Notes: generated by a model not told the origin, from the letters alone. A DNA stretch of 64,000 nt from Acidimicrobiia bacterium (GCA_052387955.1 JBQTIQ010000040.1:23879-87878), one strand, 5' to 3'; counted from the first letter of the stretch, positions 17,614-29,581 are shown. Numbers and translations are program-made.

Positions 17614-18417
17614 GTGCCGACGCCGACGCCCCAGCGGTTCCTGCCGCTGCTCGACGTCCCGGACCCTCTGGCGCCCGGGCTCGTCGTCGTGGTCGGTCAT
17701 GACGAGCTGTCGCTTGTCGAAGGCCTGGCCCCGTCCGGTGAGGACGTACACGTCGTCGGGATGCTCGACGACCGGCCCGTGTGGGCCGTCCCCGCCACCG
17801 CGCCGGTCGAAGGCAGCGTCGGCCTGCGCTCGTTGTGGGGCAGCGTCGACGACGTGACGTGGACGGTGGCCGGCCGGGCCGTCCAGCTCGTCGAATGGGA
17901 CCGGACCCACCGGTTCTGCGGGCGTTGCGGAGGACCCACCGAGCTGGTGCCCGGAGAACGTTGCCGGACGTGCCCGACCTGTGGCCTGTCGGCCTTCCCC
18001 CGCCTGTCGCCGGCCGTCATCGTGCTCGTCGGCCGTGACGATGGACGGGTGCTGCTGGCCCATGGCCGGTCGTTCCCGGTGCCGATGTACTCGTGCCTGG
18101 CCGGCTTCGTCGAGCCGGGCGAGACCTTGGAAGAAGCGGCACACCGTGAGATCGCCGAAGAGGTCGGCATCGAGATCGACGACCTCCGCTACTGGGGCAG
18201 CCAACCGTGGCCGTTCCCGCACTCGTTGATGGTCGGGTTCACCGCCCGTTATGCCGGCGGTGAGCTGTCGTTGGAGGAGGCGGAGATCGTCGACGCCGGC
18301 TGGTACCAGCGGGACCGGTTGCCCCGGGTCCCACCGCCGGGCAGCATCGCCCGCAGCATGATCGACGACTGGCGGGACATGTCTTCTGCGTTCCCCGGCC
18401 ACCCAGGCCGCTCGTGA
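17614..18417 (+). CDS. nudC: NAD(+) diphosphatase (NADH pyrophosphatase), Nudix family
   Basis: Zinc ribbon CGRCGGPT...CRTCPTCG, followed by the Nudix box GFVEPGETLEEAAHREIAEEVG. GTG start. Confidence 0.85.
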   Translation: MPTPTPQRFLPLLDVPDPLAPGLVVVVGHDELSLVEGLAPSGEDVHVVGMLDDRPVWAVPATAPVEGSVGLRSLWGSVDDVTWTVAGRAVQLVEWDRTHRFCGRCGGPTELVPGERCRTCPTCGLSAFPRLSPAVIVLVGRDDGRVLLAHGRSFPVPMYSCLAGFVEPGETLEEAAHREIAEEVGIEIDDLRYWGSQPWPFPHSLMVGFTARYAGGELSLEEAEIVDAGWYQRDRLPRVPPPGSIARSMIDDWRDMSSAFPGHPGRS

Positions 18418-18447
18418 TCAGGCCTGCGCTGGCGCTCCGGCGCTCGC
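18388..18447 (+). repeat. family-B GC-rich repeat, copy B1
   Basis: The copy consists of a left arm GCGTTCCCCGGCCACcCAGGCCG, an 11-nt variable centre, and a right arm GCCTGCGCTGGCGCTCCGGCGCTCGC. It overlaps the last 10 codons of nudC. Confidence 0.85.
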
Positions 18448-18487
18448 AGGGGAGCACCGCCGGCGCGGTCGTCACGGGGCGGGCACG

Positions 18488-19864
18488 ATGAGGGCGGTCC
18501 TCGACCCCGTCCTTCTCCGGCGGCTGCAGGAGGTGGTGGGCAGGCCGCACGTGCTGACCGATGCCGACGTGACTGCCGGCTACGCCGTGGACTGGACCGG
18601 CCGGTTCCAGGGCGAGACGCCGGCCGTCGTCCGGCCCGGCTCCACCGCCGAGGTCGCGGGCGTGGTGGCCGCCTGCGCCTCGGCCGGCGTGGCCGTCGTA
18701 CCCCAGGGCGGCAACACCGGCCTCGTCGGCGGCGGCGTCCCGCTGCAGGGGGAGATAGTGCTGTCCCTCAAACGCCTCGGTCACGACACCGGAGTGCTGG
18801 AGGCCGACACCGCCGCCGGGCAGATCACCGCGCCCGCCGGCGCCACCCTGGCCCAGGTCCAACGGGCGGCGGCGGCGTCGGGGTGGGCCTACGGTGTCGA
18901 CTGGGGTTCCCGCGACTCGGCGACGATCGGGGGTTCGGTCGCCACCAACGCCGGCGGGGTGAAGGTGCTGCGCTACGGCGACACCCGGGCGCAGTTGCTG
19001 GGCGTCGAGGCGGTGCTGGCCGACGGCAGCGTCGTGGCTCACCTCGGCGGCCTGGTCAAGGACAACACCGGCTATCACCTGCCTTCCCTCCTGTGCGGCA
19101 GCGAAGGGACCCTCGCTGTGGTCACCGCCGCCCGCTTGCGGCTGGTGCCCGTTTACCGCGAGCGGGTGGTCAGCGTGCTCGCCTTCGACTCGGTCGACAC
19201 CGCCGTGGCCGCCACCGCCGAGCTGCGCCGCTCGGTGGCGACCCTCGAGGCCTGCGAGCTGTTCCTGGCCGCCGGTCTCGAGCTCGTCTGCGAGACCACC
19301 GGGGTGGCGCCGCCGTTCCCGACCGGGCACCCCGTCTACCTGCTGGTGGAATGCGCAGACCACAGCGACCCCGAACCCCACCTGGCCGAGGTCGCCATCG
19401 GCCTGGATGGCCTCGCCGATGTCGCCGCCGCGGTGGACGGCCCCCGCCGAGCCGACTTGTGGCACTACCGCGATGCCCACACCGAAGCCATCAACTCCCT
19501 CGGACCGCCCCACAAGCTCGACGTGGCCTTGCCCGCGGCTCATCTGGCCCGGTTCATCGCCGAGGTGCCGGCCAAGGTGGCGGAGGCGGCGCCGCAGGCC
19601 CGGTGCTGGCTCTTCGGCCATGCCGCCGACGGGAACATCCACGTCAACGTGACCGGCGTGGCCCCCGACGACGACCGGGTCGACGACTCCGTCCTCTCCT
19701 TGGTGGCGTCGATGGGCGGGTCGATCAGCGCCGAGCACGGCATCGGGACGGCCAAGAAACGTTGGCTGCACCTCGGGCGGAGCGACGCTGAGATCACCGC
19801 CTTCCGTCGGCTCAAGTCCGCCCTCGACCCGATCGGGATCCTGAACCCCAACGTGCTGTTTTAG
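18488..19864 (+). CDS. FAD-binding oxidoreductase (GlcD / D-lactate dehydrogenase-like, FAD_binding_4)
   Basis: VVPQGGNTGLVGG and GGS.SAEHGIG.AK motifs; 458 aa. Confidence 0.85.
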   Translation: MRAVLDPVLLRRLQEVVGRPHVLTDADVTAGYAVDWTGRFQGETPAVVRPGSTAEVAGVVAACASAGVAVVPQGGNTGLVGGGVPLQGEIVLSLKRLGHDTGVLEADTAAGQITAPAGATLAQVQRAAAASGWAYGVDWGSRDSATIGGSVATNAGGVKVLRYGDTRAQLLGVEAVLADGSVVAHLGGLVKDNTGYHLPSLLCGSEGTLAVVTAARLRLVPVYRERVVSVLAFDSVDTAVAATAELRRSVATLEACELFLAAGLELVCETTGVAPPFPTGHPVYLLVECADHSDPEPHLAEVAIGLDGLADVAAAVDGPRRADLWHYRDAHTEAINSLGPPHKLDVALPAAHLARFIAEVPAKVAEAAPQARCWLFGHAADGNIHVNVTGVAPDDDRVDDSVLSLVASMGGSISAEHGIGTAKKRWLHLGRSDAEITAFRRLKSALDPIGILNPNVLF

Positions 19865-19866
19865 CT

Positions 19867-19926
19867 GCGTTCCCCGGCCACGCAGGCCGTGCTTGGCCGC
19901 GCCTGCGCTGGCGCTCCGGCGCTCGC
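19867..19926 (+). repeat. family-B GC-rich repeat, copy B2
   Basis: It begins 2 nt after the stop of the FAD oxidoreductase. The 23-nt left arm has 1 mismatch to B1 and the 26-nt right arm is identical to B1. The 11-nt centre differs. Confidence 0.85.
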
Positions 19927-19998
19927 GTCATCGGCGACTAGCCAACTGGTTCGCTGCGAGGGCGGTCGGCACCATCGGGCCGCGAGCGCCGCCTCCTC

Positions 19999-20017
19999 TA
20001 TACCCAGCGGGGGTATA
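19999..20017. promoter_or_regulatory. CsoR-type operator-like palindrome upstream of the copper ATPase
   Basis: TATACCC-AGCGG-GGGTATA has perfect 7-nt inverted arms and ends 8 nt before the ATPase ATG. It resembles TACCC-N(4-5)-GGGTA boxes described for CsoR-family copper repressors. Confidence 0.55.
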
Positions 20018-20025
20018 GTCCGGGC

Positions 20026-22335
<2,310 letters not shown>

Positions 22336-23153
22336 GCACGTTGCGGAGCACGGCGGGACGGTCGGTCATGATGCCGTCGACGCCGAGGTCGAGCAGGCGC
22401 GTCATCTCGGTGGGGTCGTCGATCGTCCACACGTGCACCACCATGCCGAGCCCATGGCAGCGGTCGACGAACGCGGCGGTGACGAGAGGCGTGTCGGCGA
22501 ACTCCGTGGGGACCTGCACGCAGGGGGCGGGAGCGGTGTCGGCGGCGCCGAGGACCAGTTGCAGCACCCCGCCCGGGCCTGGGGAGGTGCACAGGCGGGG
22601 ACCGAGCAACGCCCGTGACCGTTCGACCCGGGCGTCGCTGAAGGCACCGACGCAGACCCGGTCGACGGCGCCGCTGCGCCGCACCACCTCGGCCAACGCG
22701 TCGACGGCCGCGTCGGCCTTGGCATCGATGTTGACGCGCAGCTCGGGCCAGGAGCCCAACAGGTCCTCGAGCAACGGGATCGGTTCGCGGCCGTCGACCC
22801 TGGCCTCGCGCACAGACGAGTACGACAGCTCGGCCAGCACCCCGGTACGGTCGGTGACGCGGTCGAGCACCTCGTCGTGGAACGCCACCAGGACGCCGTC
22901 GGCGGTCACGTGGACGTCGGTCTCCACGTAGCGGTAGCCGAGGCCGACGGCGTACTCGAAGGCTGGCAGCGTGTTCTCCGGTGCCTCGCTCGCCCCGCCT
23001 CGGTGGGCGAAGGGAATGGGCACCGGCCAATCGAGGAACTCGAACATCGCCGACATTATGGTTGCCCTGGGCTGCTGGCGGGCACCGTGCGAGTTCGTCG
23101 ACCAGTCGCGGCGGGCGAGTAGTCACTGCGATGTCCGTTACGGCGCCGGCAGC

Positions 23154-24713
23154 TCAGGCGCCGGCCCGGTACTCGTCCCGCAGCAGGCGCTTGTACAGCT
23201 TGCCGGTCGGCTCGCGGGGGAGCTCGGCGCGGAAGTCGACCGTTCGAGGGCACTTGAACGTGGCCAGCGAGTGGCGGCAGTGGGCGACGAGCTCGGCCGC
23301 CAGCGCCGGCCCCGCCGCTTCCATGGAGACCGGCTGCACCACGGCATGGAGGCGCTCGCCGAGATCGTCGTCGGGCACCCCGAACACGGCCACGTCGTCG
23401 ACCGCGGGGTGAAGGGCGAGCAGGTTCTCGGCCTCCTGGGGGTACACGTTCACGCCCCCGCTGATGACCATGTAGGACTTGCGGTCGGTCAGGTACAGGT
23501 AGCGGTCCTCGTCGAGGTGGCCGACGTCTCCGAGCGTCGTCCAACCCCGGCCCTTCGGGTCGCGTGCCGCCGCGGTGCGCTCGGTGTCGCCGTGGTACTC
23601 GAAGGGCAAGCCCGACTCGAAGTAGACGGTGCCGGTCCGCCCCGTCGGGAGTACCTCGCCGTCGTCGTCACAGATGCGCAGCACCCCAGCCAACGCCCGG
23701 CCCACCGTGCCCGGGTGCGCCTGCCAGTCCTCACTGTTGCAATAGACGAACCCGTTGCCCTCGGTGCCGGCGTAGTACTCGTGCACCACCGGGCCCCACC
23801 AGTCGATCATCCGCTCCTTCACCGCCGGCGGGCACGGTGCCGCGCCGTGGATCGCGTACCGCAGCGACGACAGGTCGAAGCGGTCCCTGACCTCGGCCGG
23901 CAGCCTGAGCATGCGGATGAACATCGTCGGCACCCACTGGCTGTGCGTGACCCGGTTCGCCTCGATGGCGGCCAGGGCGGCCACCGGGTCGAAGCGGTCC
24001 ATCAGCACGACGGTCCCGCCCAGTCGGGTGACGGCGCGGCAGAACCGCAGCGGGGCGGCGTGGTACAGCGGCGCAGGGGAGAGGTAGACGGTGGCGGCGT
24101 CCATGCCGAAGAGCAGCCGGCACAGCATGGTGACCCCTTCGGGGGTGCCCAGGGCGGTTCGCCGTGGCGCGGGCTCCACGCCTTTGGGTCGGCCGGTGGT
24201 GCCCGACGAGTACAACATGTCGACGCCCTCGAGCTCGTCGTCGACCGGCGTCGCCGGCCGGGCCGCCAGAACATCGTCGTAGCGGTCGAACCCGGGGGCG
24301 TCGCCACCGGCCAGGAGCCGTACCGACAGGGCCGAAGCCTTGCCCTCGGCGGCGGCGGGCACCGCGGTGGACGCGGTGGCGGTCGAGGCGATGAACGCCT
24401 TGGCGCCGCTGTCCTCGAGGATGTAGGCAACCTCTTCGGCGGCGGCCCGGGTCCCGATGGCGGTGTAGACCAGGCCCGAGCGCTGCGCCGCCCACAGGAC
24501 GGCGAGGAAGCGGGGGCTGTTCTCGAGCAACAGGGCGATGTGGTCCCCAGGGCGCAGGCCGCCGTCCCGGAGCACGTGGCCGAGCCGGTTCGACTCCTCG
24601 TCCAATTGTCGGAACGTGAGCATCTCGCCGGTGCCGGCCATCACCACCGCGGCGCGGTCGGGAGCAGTAGCGGCGTGAGCCCCGAGGTGCACGGCCGGTG
24701 ACCGTAGCGCCAC
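23154..24713 (-). CDS. AMP-dependent acyl-CoA synthetase/ligase
   Basis: AMP-binding motifs YSSGTTGRPKGV, YYAGTEG, TLGDVG..DEDRYLYLTDRK and PTGKLYKR. The start (GTG at 24713 or 24692) is uncertain. The upstream part of the ORF overlaps a plus-strand gene. Confidence 0.85.
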   Translation of the reverse strand: MALRSPAVHLGAHAATAPDRAAVVMAGTGEMLTFRQLDEESNRLGHVLRDGGLRPGDHIALLLENSPRFLAVLWAAQRSGLVYTAIGTRAAAEEVAYILEDSGAKAFIASTATASTAVPAAAEGKASALSVRLLAGGDAPGFDRYDDVLAARPATPVDDELEGVDMLYSSGTTGRPKGVEPAPRRTALGTPEGVTMLCRLLFGMDAATVYLSPAPLYHAAPLRFCRAVTRLGGTVVLMDRFDPVAALAAIEANRVTHSQWVPTMFIRMLRLPAEVRDRFDLSSLRYAIHGAAPCPPAVKERMIDWWGPVVHEYYAGTEGNGFVYCNSEDWQAHPGTVGRALAGVLRICDDDGEVLPTGRTGTVYFESGLPFEYHGDTERTAAARDPKGRGWTTLGDVGHLDEDRYLYLTDRKSYMVISGGVNVYPQEAENLLALHPAVDDVAVFGVPDDDLGERLHAVVQPVSMEAAGPALAAELVAHCRHSLATFKCPRTVDFRAELPREPTGKLYKRLLRDEYRAGA

Positions 24714-24729
24714 CGCTGCTCTCGCTACG

Positions 24730-25530
24730 GTGTCGGGCGTGGACGTCGTCGGGCGGTTCGCTGCTCTCGTCGGCGAGCCCGAGGGCGAGCTGCAGCTGGA
24801 CGAGGCTGCCTTGCTCGTCGGGGCGACGTCCGACAGCGATGTCGACCTGGGCCTGCGGGTACTCGACGAACTGGCGGCGAGGTGCCCCGGCCCCACGCCC
24901 GACCAACTGTTGTGGCAGCTCTTCGTCGGTGAAGCGTTCGCCGGCAACCGCACCGACTACGCCGATCCTCGCAACTCGTACCTGCACATGGTGCTGGCCC
25001 GGCGCATTGGCATCCCGATCACGCTGTCGATCGTGGCCATGGAGGTCGGGCGCCGGCGAGGGGTCGAGCTCCTCGGCGTCGGCATGCCCGGGCACTTCCT
25101 GGTGCGGGCGGGCGGCGATCCCGAGGCCTTCTACGACCCCTTCACCGCCGGCCAGCGCCTCGACCGGGACGGTTGCGAACGCCGGTTCCGGGTCCTGCAC
25201 GGCCCCTCGGCGCCGTTCGTCCCCTCCTACCTCGACCCCGTCGGTCCCCGGGCGATCCTGTCCCGGGTGCTCGGCAACCTCAAGCCGATCCTCACCGACC
25301 GTCGCGACCGCAAGGGGCTGGAGTCGGTACTGCGGATGCGCCTGGCCGTCCCCGGCGCGCCGCTCGCCGAACGACAGGAGCTGGCCGGTGCCCTGGCCGC
25401 CGACGGCCGGTTCCTGCAAGCGGCGGCCGAGATGGACGAGCTCGGCGACCGGGCGGAAACCGCCGGCGACACCGATCTCGCCCGCGACGCCCGGGCCGGC
25501 GCCCTGTCGCTCCGGGCCCGCATGAACTAG
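24730..25530 (+). CDS. SirB1/transglutaminase-like + TPR-like family protein (UPF0162-type)
   Basis: AFAGNRTDYADPRNSYLHMVLARRIGIPITLSIVAMEVGRR.G....GVGMPGHFLVR is typical of the SirB1 N-terminal/transglutaminase-like family. Confidence 0.65.
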   Translation: MSGVDVVGRFAALVGEPEGELQLDEAALLVGATSDSDVDLGLRVLDELAARCPGPTPDQLLWQLFVGEAFAGNRTDYADPRNSYLHMVLARRIGIPITLSIVAMEVGRRRGVELLGVGMPGHFLVRAGGDPEAFYDPFTAGQRLDRDGCERRFRVLHGPSAPFVPSYLDPVGPRAILSRVLGNLKPILTDRRDRKGLESVLRMRLAVPGAPLAERQELAGALAADGRFLQAAAEMDELGDRAETAGDTDLARDARAGALSLRARMN

Positions 25531-25599
25531 CGAGACGGTCGGGCCGACCCTGGCGGCTCTCGATCTGCTCGGTCCCGAGAGGGCTCGATGTTGTGACAA

Positions 25600-25681
25600 G
25601 TTCCGGGGCCGAGCAGATGCCGGCCGAGCGACCGCCAGGGAGCCGGGCGGCGATGGGGGCCGGGGGGGCGCAGCCCCCCAG
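25600..25681 (-). repeat. family-A repeat, copy A5 (reverse orientation, more diverged)
   Basis: The minus strand reads CTGGGGGGCTGCGCCCCCCCGGCCCCCATCGCCGCCCGGCTCCCTGGCGGTCGCTCGGCCGG. It starts immediately after the stop (25682-25684) of the minus-strand small secreted protein gene. Confidence 0.7.
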
Positions 25682-25936
25682 CTAATCGGTCGGAGTGAGA
25701 CAGTCGGCGAGGAAGACGGAGGTGCCCTTGAGCACGGCGCGCAACTGGGCGGGCGTCAGGTGCCCGGCGCGGTACTCCGCCAACGCTTCGGTGATGATCG
25801 ACTGCGCGGCGACGAAGCACAGGACCGGATCCGTCCGGTCGTCGCCCGTCTCGTGAGCCTGGGCCGTGCCGACCAGCGGCGCGGCCCCGACCGCGAGCAT
25901 CGTTGCCACCACGAATCCTGCGACCTTCTTGCCCAT
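25682..25936 (-). CDS. small secreted protein (signal peptide), unknown function
   Basis: The ATG at 25936 is preceded by GGGAGGG. The product is MGKKVAGFVVATMLAVGAAPLVGTAQA-HETGDD..., a classic Sec signal, with two Cys in the mature part. Confidence 0.5.
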   Translation of the reverse strand: MGKKVAGFVVATMLAVGAAPLVGTAQAHETGDDRTDPVLCFVAAQSIITEALAEYRAGHLTPAQLRAVLKGTSVFLADCLTPTD

Positions 25937-26091
25937 GACGCCCTCCCGTGTCCCGATGGTCGGGACATGACACCGTGGCAAGTCGGCTGTCAAGAAGTCA
26001 TCGCCGGTCCGTACGCATGCCGCTCGCGCCGTCACGAGGGGCGCTCGCCACGACCCGGCCCCTCCGAGGGAGCTGCCGGTACCCTGCGCCG

Positions 26092-26949
26092 ATGGCCACG
26101 GCGAGTGGGGACGAGAGGCCCGTCGCCATCGTCCTCGGGGGAGGCGGCAACCTCGGCGCCGTGCAGGTCGGCATGCTGCGCGCCCTTGCCGATGCCGGCG
26201 TGACGCCGGACATGATCTTCGGCTGTTCGGTCGGCGCCCTCAACGGTGCCGCCTTCGCCATCTCTCCCACCACGGCCGGCGTCGACGCCCTCGAGGGCAT
26301 CTGGAGGGGAGCGCTCGGTGCCCGGCTGATGCCGTCGGGATGGTGGCCCACTGCCGTCGGGCTCACCCGTCGGGGCGACTCCCTCCAGGACCCCGCCGCG
26401 CTGCGCCGGCTGATCCGCGACGCCCCGGTGAGCCGCTTCGAGGAGTTCGCCGTTCCCTTCGAATGTGTCGCCACCGCCGTCGACGACGCCCGTGAGGTGT
26501 GGTTCGGGTCGGGCGATATCGAAGCGCCGATCATGGCGTCGTGTGCGGTACCGGTGGTGTACCCGGCGGTGTGGATCGACGGCGTTCGCTACCGCGACGG
26601 CGCCATCGTCAACGAGGTACCGATCTCCCGCGCCGTCGAGCGCGGTGCTCGCACCATCTACGTGTTGCACGTCGGCGCCCAGGACCGGCCCCGCCGTCCG
26701 GCCCGGCGCCCCCTCGACGTGGCCGTCGAGGCGTACTGGGTGGCCCGCAGGAACCGCTTCGTGCGGGAGATGGACACCCTCCCCGAGGGGGTGAAGGCCG
26801 TCGTCCTGCCCACCGGGCCCGCGGTGGGCTTGCGGTTCCACGACTTCACCCGCACCGGCCAGCTCATGGCCCAGGCCTACCGGGCCAGTCGGGCGCTGCT
26901 CGACCTGCCCCTCCCGGCGTCGGGCAACCATCGCCAAGATCTCCCTTGA
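26092..26949 (+). CDS. patatin-like phospholipase family protein
   Basis: Oxyanion GGGGNLG, nucleophile elbow GCSVG, and a later DG pair. Start at the ATG at 26092 (MATASGDERPVAIVLGGGG). Confidence 0.85.
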   Translation: MATASGDERPVAIVLGGGGNLGAVQVGMLRALADAGVTPDMIFGCSVGALNGAAFAISPTTAGVDALEGIWRGALGARLMPSGWWPTAVGLTRRGDSLQDPAALRRLIRDAPVSRFEEFAVPFECVATAVDDAREVWFGSGDIEAPIMASCAVPVVYPAVWIDGVRYRDGAIVNEVPISRAVERGARTIYVLHVGAQDRPRRPARRPLDVAVEAYWVARRNRFVREMDTLPEGVKAVVLPTGPAVGLRFHDFTRTGQLMAQAYRASRALLDLPLPASGNHRQDLP

Positions 26950-26974
26950 CCTCAACCCCGCTTCAAGTCTTACG

Positions 26975-27585
26975 GTGCTGCGAATGACAGACGACCTCAC
27001 CCCCGCCCCGCCCGAAGACGCCCTCGGCCTCGCCGTCATCGTTGCCAGCACGCGCCAGGGCCGGTTCGGGGAAACGGTGGCCAACTGGTTCGTGGACCAG
27101 GCCAAACAACGCTCGGACTATGTCCTCGACGTCATCGACCTGGCCGAGACGCCGCTGCCGTTCACGCTGCCCTCGCCGGCACCCCCCGAGGTGGCGGCCT
27201 TCAGCGAGCGCATCGCAGCCGCCGACGCCTTCGTCGTGGTGACGCCCGAGTACAACCACAGCTTCCCCGGCCCGCTCAAGAACGCCATCGACACCGTCCA
27301 CGCCGAGTGGCTGGCCAGCCGGTGGCGTTCGTGTCCTACGGCGGGGTGTCGGGCGGTCTGCGGGCCGTCGAAGCGCTGAGGCTGGTGTTCGCCGAACTGC
27401 ACGCCACCACCGTGCGGGACTCGGTGAGCTTCGCCATGGCCCACCGGCTCTTCGACGCCGAAGGGCGGCTCCAGGAGCCCGACGCGGCCGCGGCCGCCGC
27501 CGCCGCCACTCGTCTGCTCGACCAGCTCACGTGGTGGGGCGTAGCCCTGCGAGAAGCCCGGGCCCGGCGGCCTTACCACGGGTGA
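26975..27585 (+). pseudogene. NADPH-dependent FMN reductase, split by a single-base frameshift near 27310
   Basis: Frame A (26975..27379) encodes ...VVVTPEYNHSFPGPLKNAIDTVHAEW and then nonsense. A different frame from 27307 continues with AGQPVAFVSYGGVSGGLRAVEALRLVFAELHA.TVR. Homologs read ...EW-x-x-PVAFVSYGG in one frame. Confidence 0.7.
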
Positions 27586-27614
27586 GGCTGCGTTGCCTCG
27601 GTGACGTCTGGATC

Positions 27615-27638
27615 GAGCCGCCGCCGTTGCGGCGGCTC
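27615..27638 (+). terminator. perfect GC hairpin downstream of the FMN reductase gene (putative intrinsic terminator, no U-tract)
   Basis: GAGCCGCCGC-CGTT-GCGGCGGCTC has a 10-bp perfect stem and a 4-nt loop. It lies 30 nt after the stop at 27585 and 27 nt before the next ATG. Confidence 0.5.
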
Positions 27639-27664
27639 CCCGTAGAGAAGAAGAGGGTCGGCCC

Positions 27665-29581
27665 ATGAGCGACGTCAACATGTGGATGGCGCTGCAGAGC
27701 GCCATGCAGGACGGAGGCGAACGCCGCCGGGTGTCGCGGGCCACCGTGCGCCGGGTGGGGGTGTTCGCCCGGCCCCACCGGCGCACGATCAGTTCCTACC
27801 TGGCACTGGCCACGCTGGCGGCGGTCCTCGGGGTGGCCACTCCCATCCTGGCCGGCCGGGCCGTGGACGCCATCGTCGAAGGGGACGGCACCGGGAGGGT
27901 GGTGACGTTGGCGGTCCTGATCGCGGTCATCGCCGTCGTCGACTCCGCCGTCGGCCTGCTCCAGCGCCTCGAGTCGTCGCGGCTGGGCGAGAACCTGATC
28001 CTCGACCTGCGGCGGGCCGTGTTCGAGCACGTGCAGCGGATGCCGGTGGCGTTCTTCACCCGCACCCACACCGGCGCCCTGGTGAGCCGGCTCAACAACG
28101 ACGTCATCGGTGCCCAGCGGGCGTTCACCTCAGCCCTCTCGGGCGTGGTGACCAACGTCATCGCCCTCGTGCTCACGTTGGCGGTGATGGTGAGCCTGTC
28201 GTGGCCCATCACGCTGCTGGCGTTGGCGATGCTGCCGGTATTCGTGGTCCCAGCCCGGAGGGTCGGCGCCAAGGTCGGCGTCCTCGAACGGGAAGCGGCC
28301 GAGCACAACGCGGCCATGACCTCCCAGATGACCGAGCGCTTCTCGGCCCCGGGAGCCACCTTGGTCAAGCTCTTCGGCCGGCCCGGGGAGGAGGCGGCTG
28401 AGTTCGGCCGCCGGGCGTCGAGGGTCCGCGACATCGGTGTGCGCTCGGCCATGGCGGCGGAGGTGTTCCTCCGGGCGCTGACGCTGGTGTCGGGGCTGGC
28501 CCAAGCCCTCATCTACGGGCTCGGTGGCTATCTGGCGCTGCAGGGCAACCTCGACGCCGGCACGGTGGTGACCATGGCCCTGCTGCTGACCCGGCTCTAC
28601 GCCCCGTTGACGGCCCTGGCCACCGCCCGACTCGACGTGGTCACCGCTCTGGTCAGCTTCGAGCGGGTCTTCGAGGTTCTCGACATCGTCCCGCTCGTGC
28701 GCGAGAAGCCGGGGGCGGTGACGGTGCCCGACGGGCCCGTGTCGGTCGTCCTCGACGGCGTCCGATTCCGCTATCCGTCGGCCGAGCAGGTGTCGTTGGC
28801 GTCGCTCGAGGAGGTCCTCGTCCTCGACGATCAGCTCGGCGACGAGGTCCTGCACGGGGTCTCGCTCCGGGTCGAGCCCGGGCAGATGGTCGCCCTGGTG
28901 GGACCGTCGGGGGCGGGGAAGTCGACCCTGGCGTCGCTGGTGCCGCGCCTCTACGACGTGGACGTCGGTGTGGTCGCCCTCGGAGGGACGGACGTGCGCG
29001 ACCTGACCTTCGAGTCGATCCGCCAGACTGTCGGCGTGGTGACCCAGGACGGTCACCTCTTCCACGACACCATCGGTGCCAACCTGCGTTACGCCCGTCC
29101 CGAGGCCAGCGACGACGACCTGTGGGAGGCGCTGCGCAGCGCCCGGCTCGAACAGCTGGTCGCCGCGCTGCCGCGTGGCCTGGACACCGTCGTCGGCGAG
29201 CGGGGGTACCGGCTCTCGGGCGGCGAGCGCCAGCGCCTGACCATCGCCCGGCTCCTGCTGGCCCGCCCCCGGGTGGTGATCCTCGACGAGGCGACCGCCC
29301 ATCTCGACTCGGAATCGGAGTCCGCGGTGCAAGAGGCGCTGGCGGCCGCGCTCGAAGGCCGTACCGCCCTCGTCATCGCCCACCGCCTGTCGACGGTGAG
29401 GGCGGCCGACGCCATCCTGGTGATCGAGGAAGGCCGGGTGGTCGAACGGGGTACCCACGGCGAGCTCCTGGCCGCCGACGGTCGCTACGCCGACCTCTAC
29501 CGCACCCAGTTCGCCGGCGACGGCGCGGCCGCCAACGGCCATGGGTCACCGTCATCGGTCGGGGGCGTGCTCCCAGCCTGA
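27665..29581 (+). CDS. ABC transporter, fused permease/ATP-binding exporter (type I, MsbA/MdlB-like)
   Basis: A six-TM N-terminal domain is followed by GPSGAGKST, LSGGERQRL and VVILDEATAHLD. Confidence 0.9.
   Translation: MSDVNMWMALQSAMQDGGERRRVSRATVRRVGVFARPHRRTISSYLALATLAAVLGVATPILAGRAVDAIVEGDGTGRVVTLAVLIAVIAVVDSAVGLLQRLESSRLGENLILDLRRAVFEHVQRMPVAFFTRTHTGALVSRLNNDVIGAQRAFTSALSGVVTNVIALVLTLAVMVSLSWPITLLALAMLPVFVVPARRVGAKVGVLEREAAEHNAAMTSQMTERFSAPGATLVKLFGRPGEEAAEFGRRASRVRDIGVRSAMAAEVFLRALTLVSGLAQALIYGLGGYLALQGNLDAGTVVTMALLLTRLYAPLTALATARLDVVTALVSFERVFEVLDIVPLVREKPGAVTVPDGPVSVVLDGVRFRYPSAEQVSLASLEEVLVLDDQLGDEVLHGVSLRVEPGQMVALVGPSGAGKSTLASLVPRLYDVDVGVVALGGTDVRDLTFESIRQTVGVVTQDGHLFHDTIGANLRYARPEASDDDLWEALRSARLEQLVAALPRGLDTVVGERGYRLSGGERQRLTIARLLLARPRVVILDEATAHLDSESESAVQEALAAALEGRTALVIAHRLSTVRAADAILVIEEGRVVERGTHGELLAADGRYADLYRTQFAGDGAAANGHGSPSSVGGVLPA

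Noticed and set aside
16090-18402. 770-aa ORF on the minus strand
   Set aside because: It is antisense to the class III aminotransferase and nudC, both of which carry unambiguous family motifs. Its product is Arg/Gly/Pro/Ala-rich with no motifs, the typical shadow ORF of high-GC DNA.
22971-25599. Long ORFs 22971..24701 (+, 576 aa) and 23731..25599 (-, 622 aa)
   Set aside because: They overlap the acyl-CoA synthetase and the SirB1-like gene in wrong frames or on wrong strands. They have no motifs and a low-complexity R/G/P/A composition.
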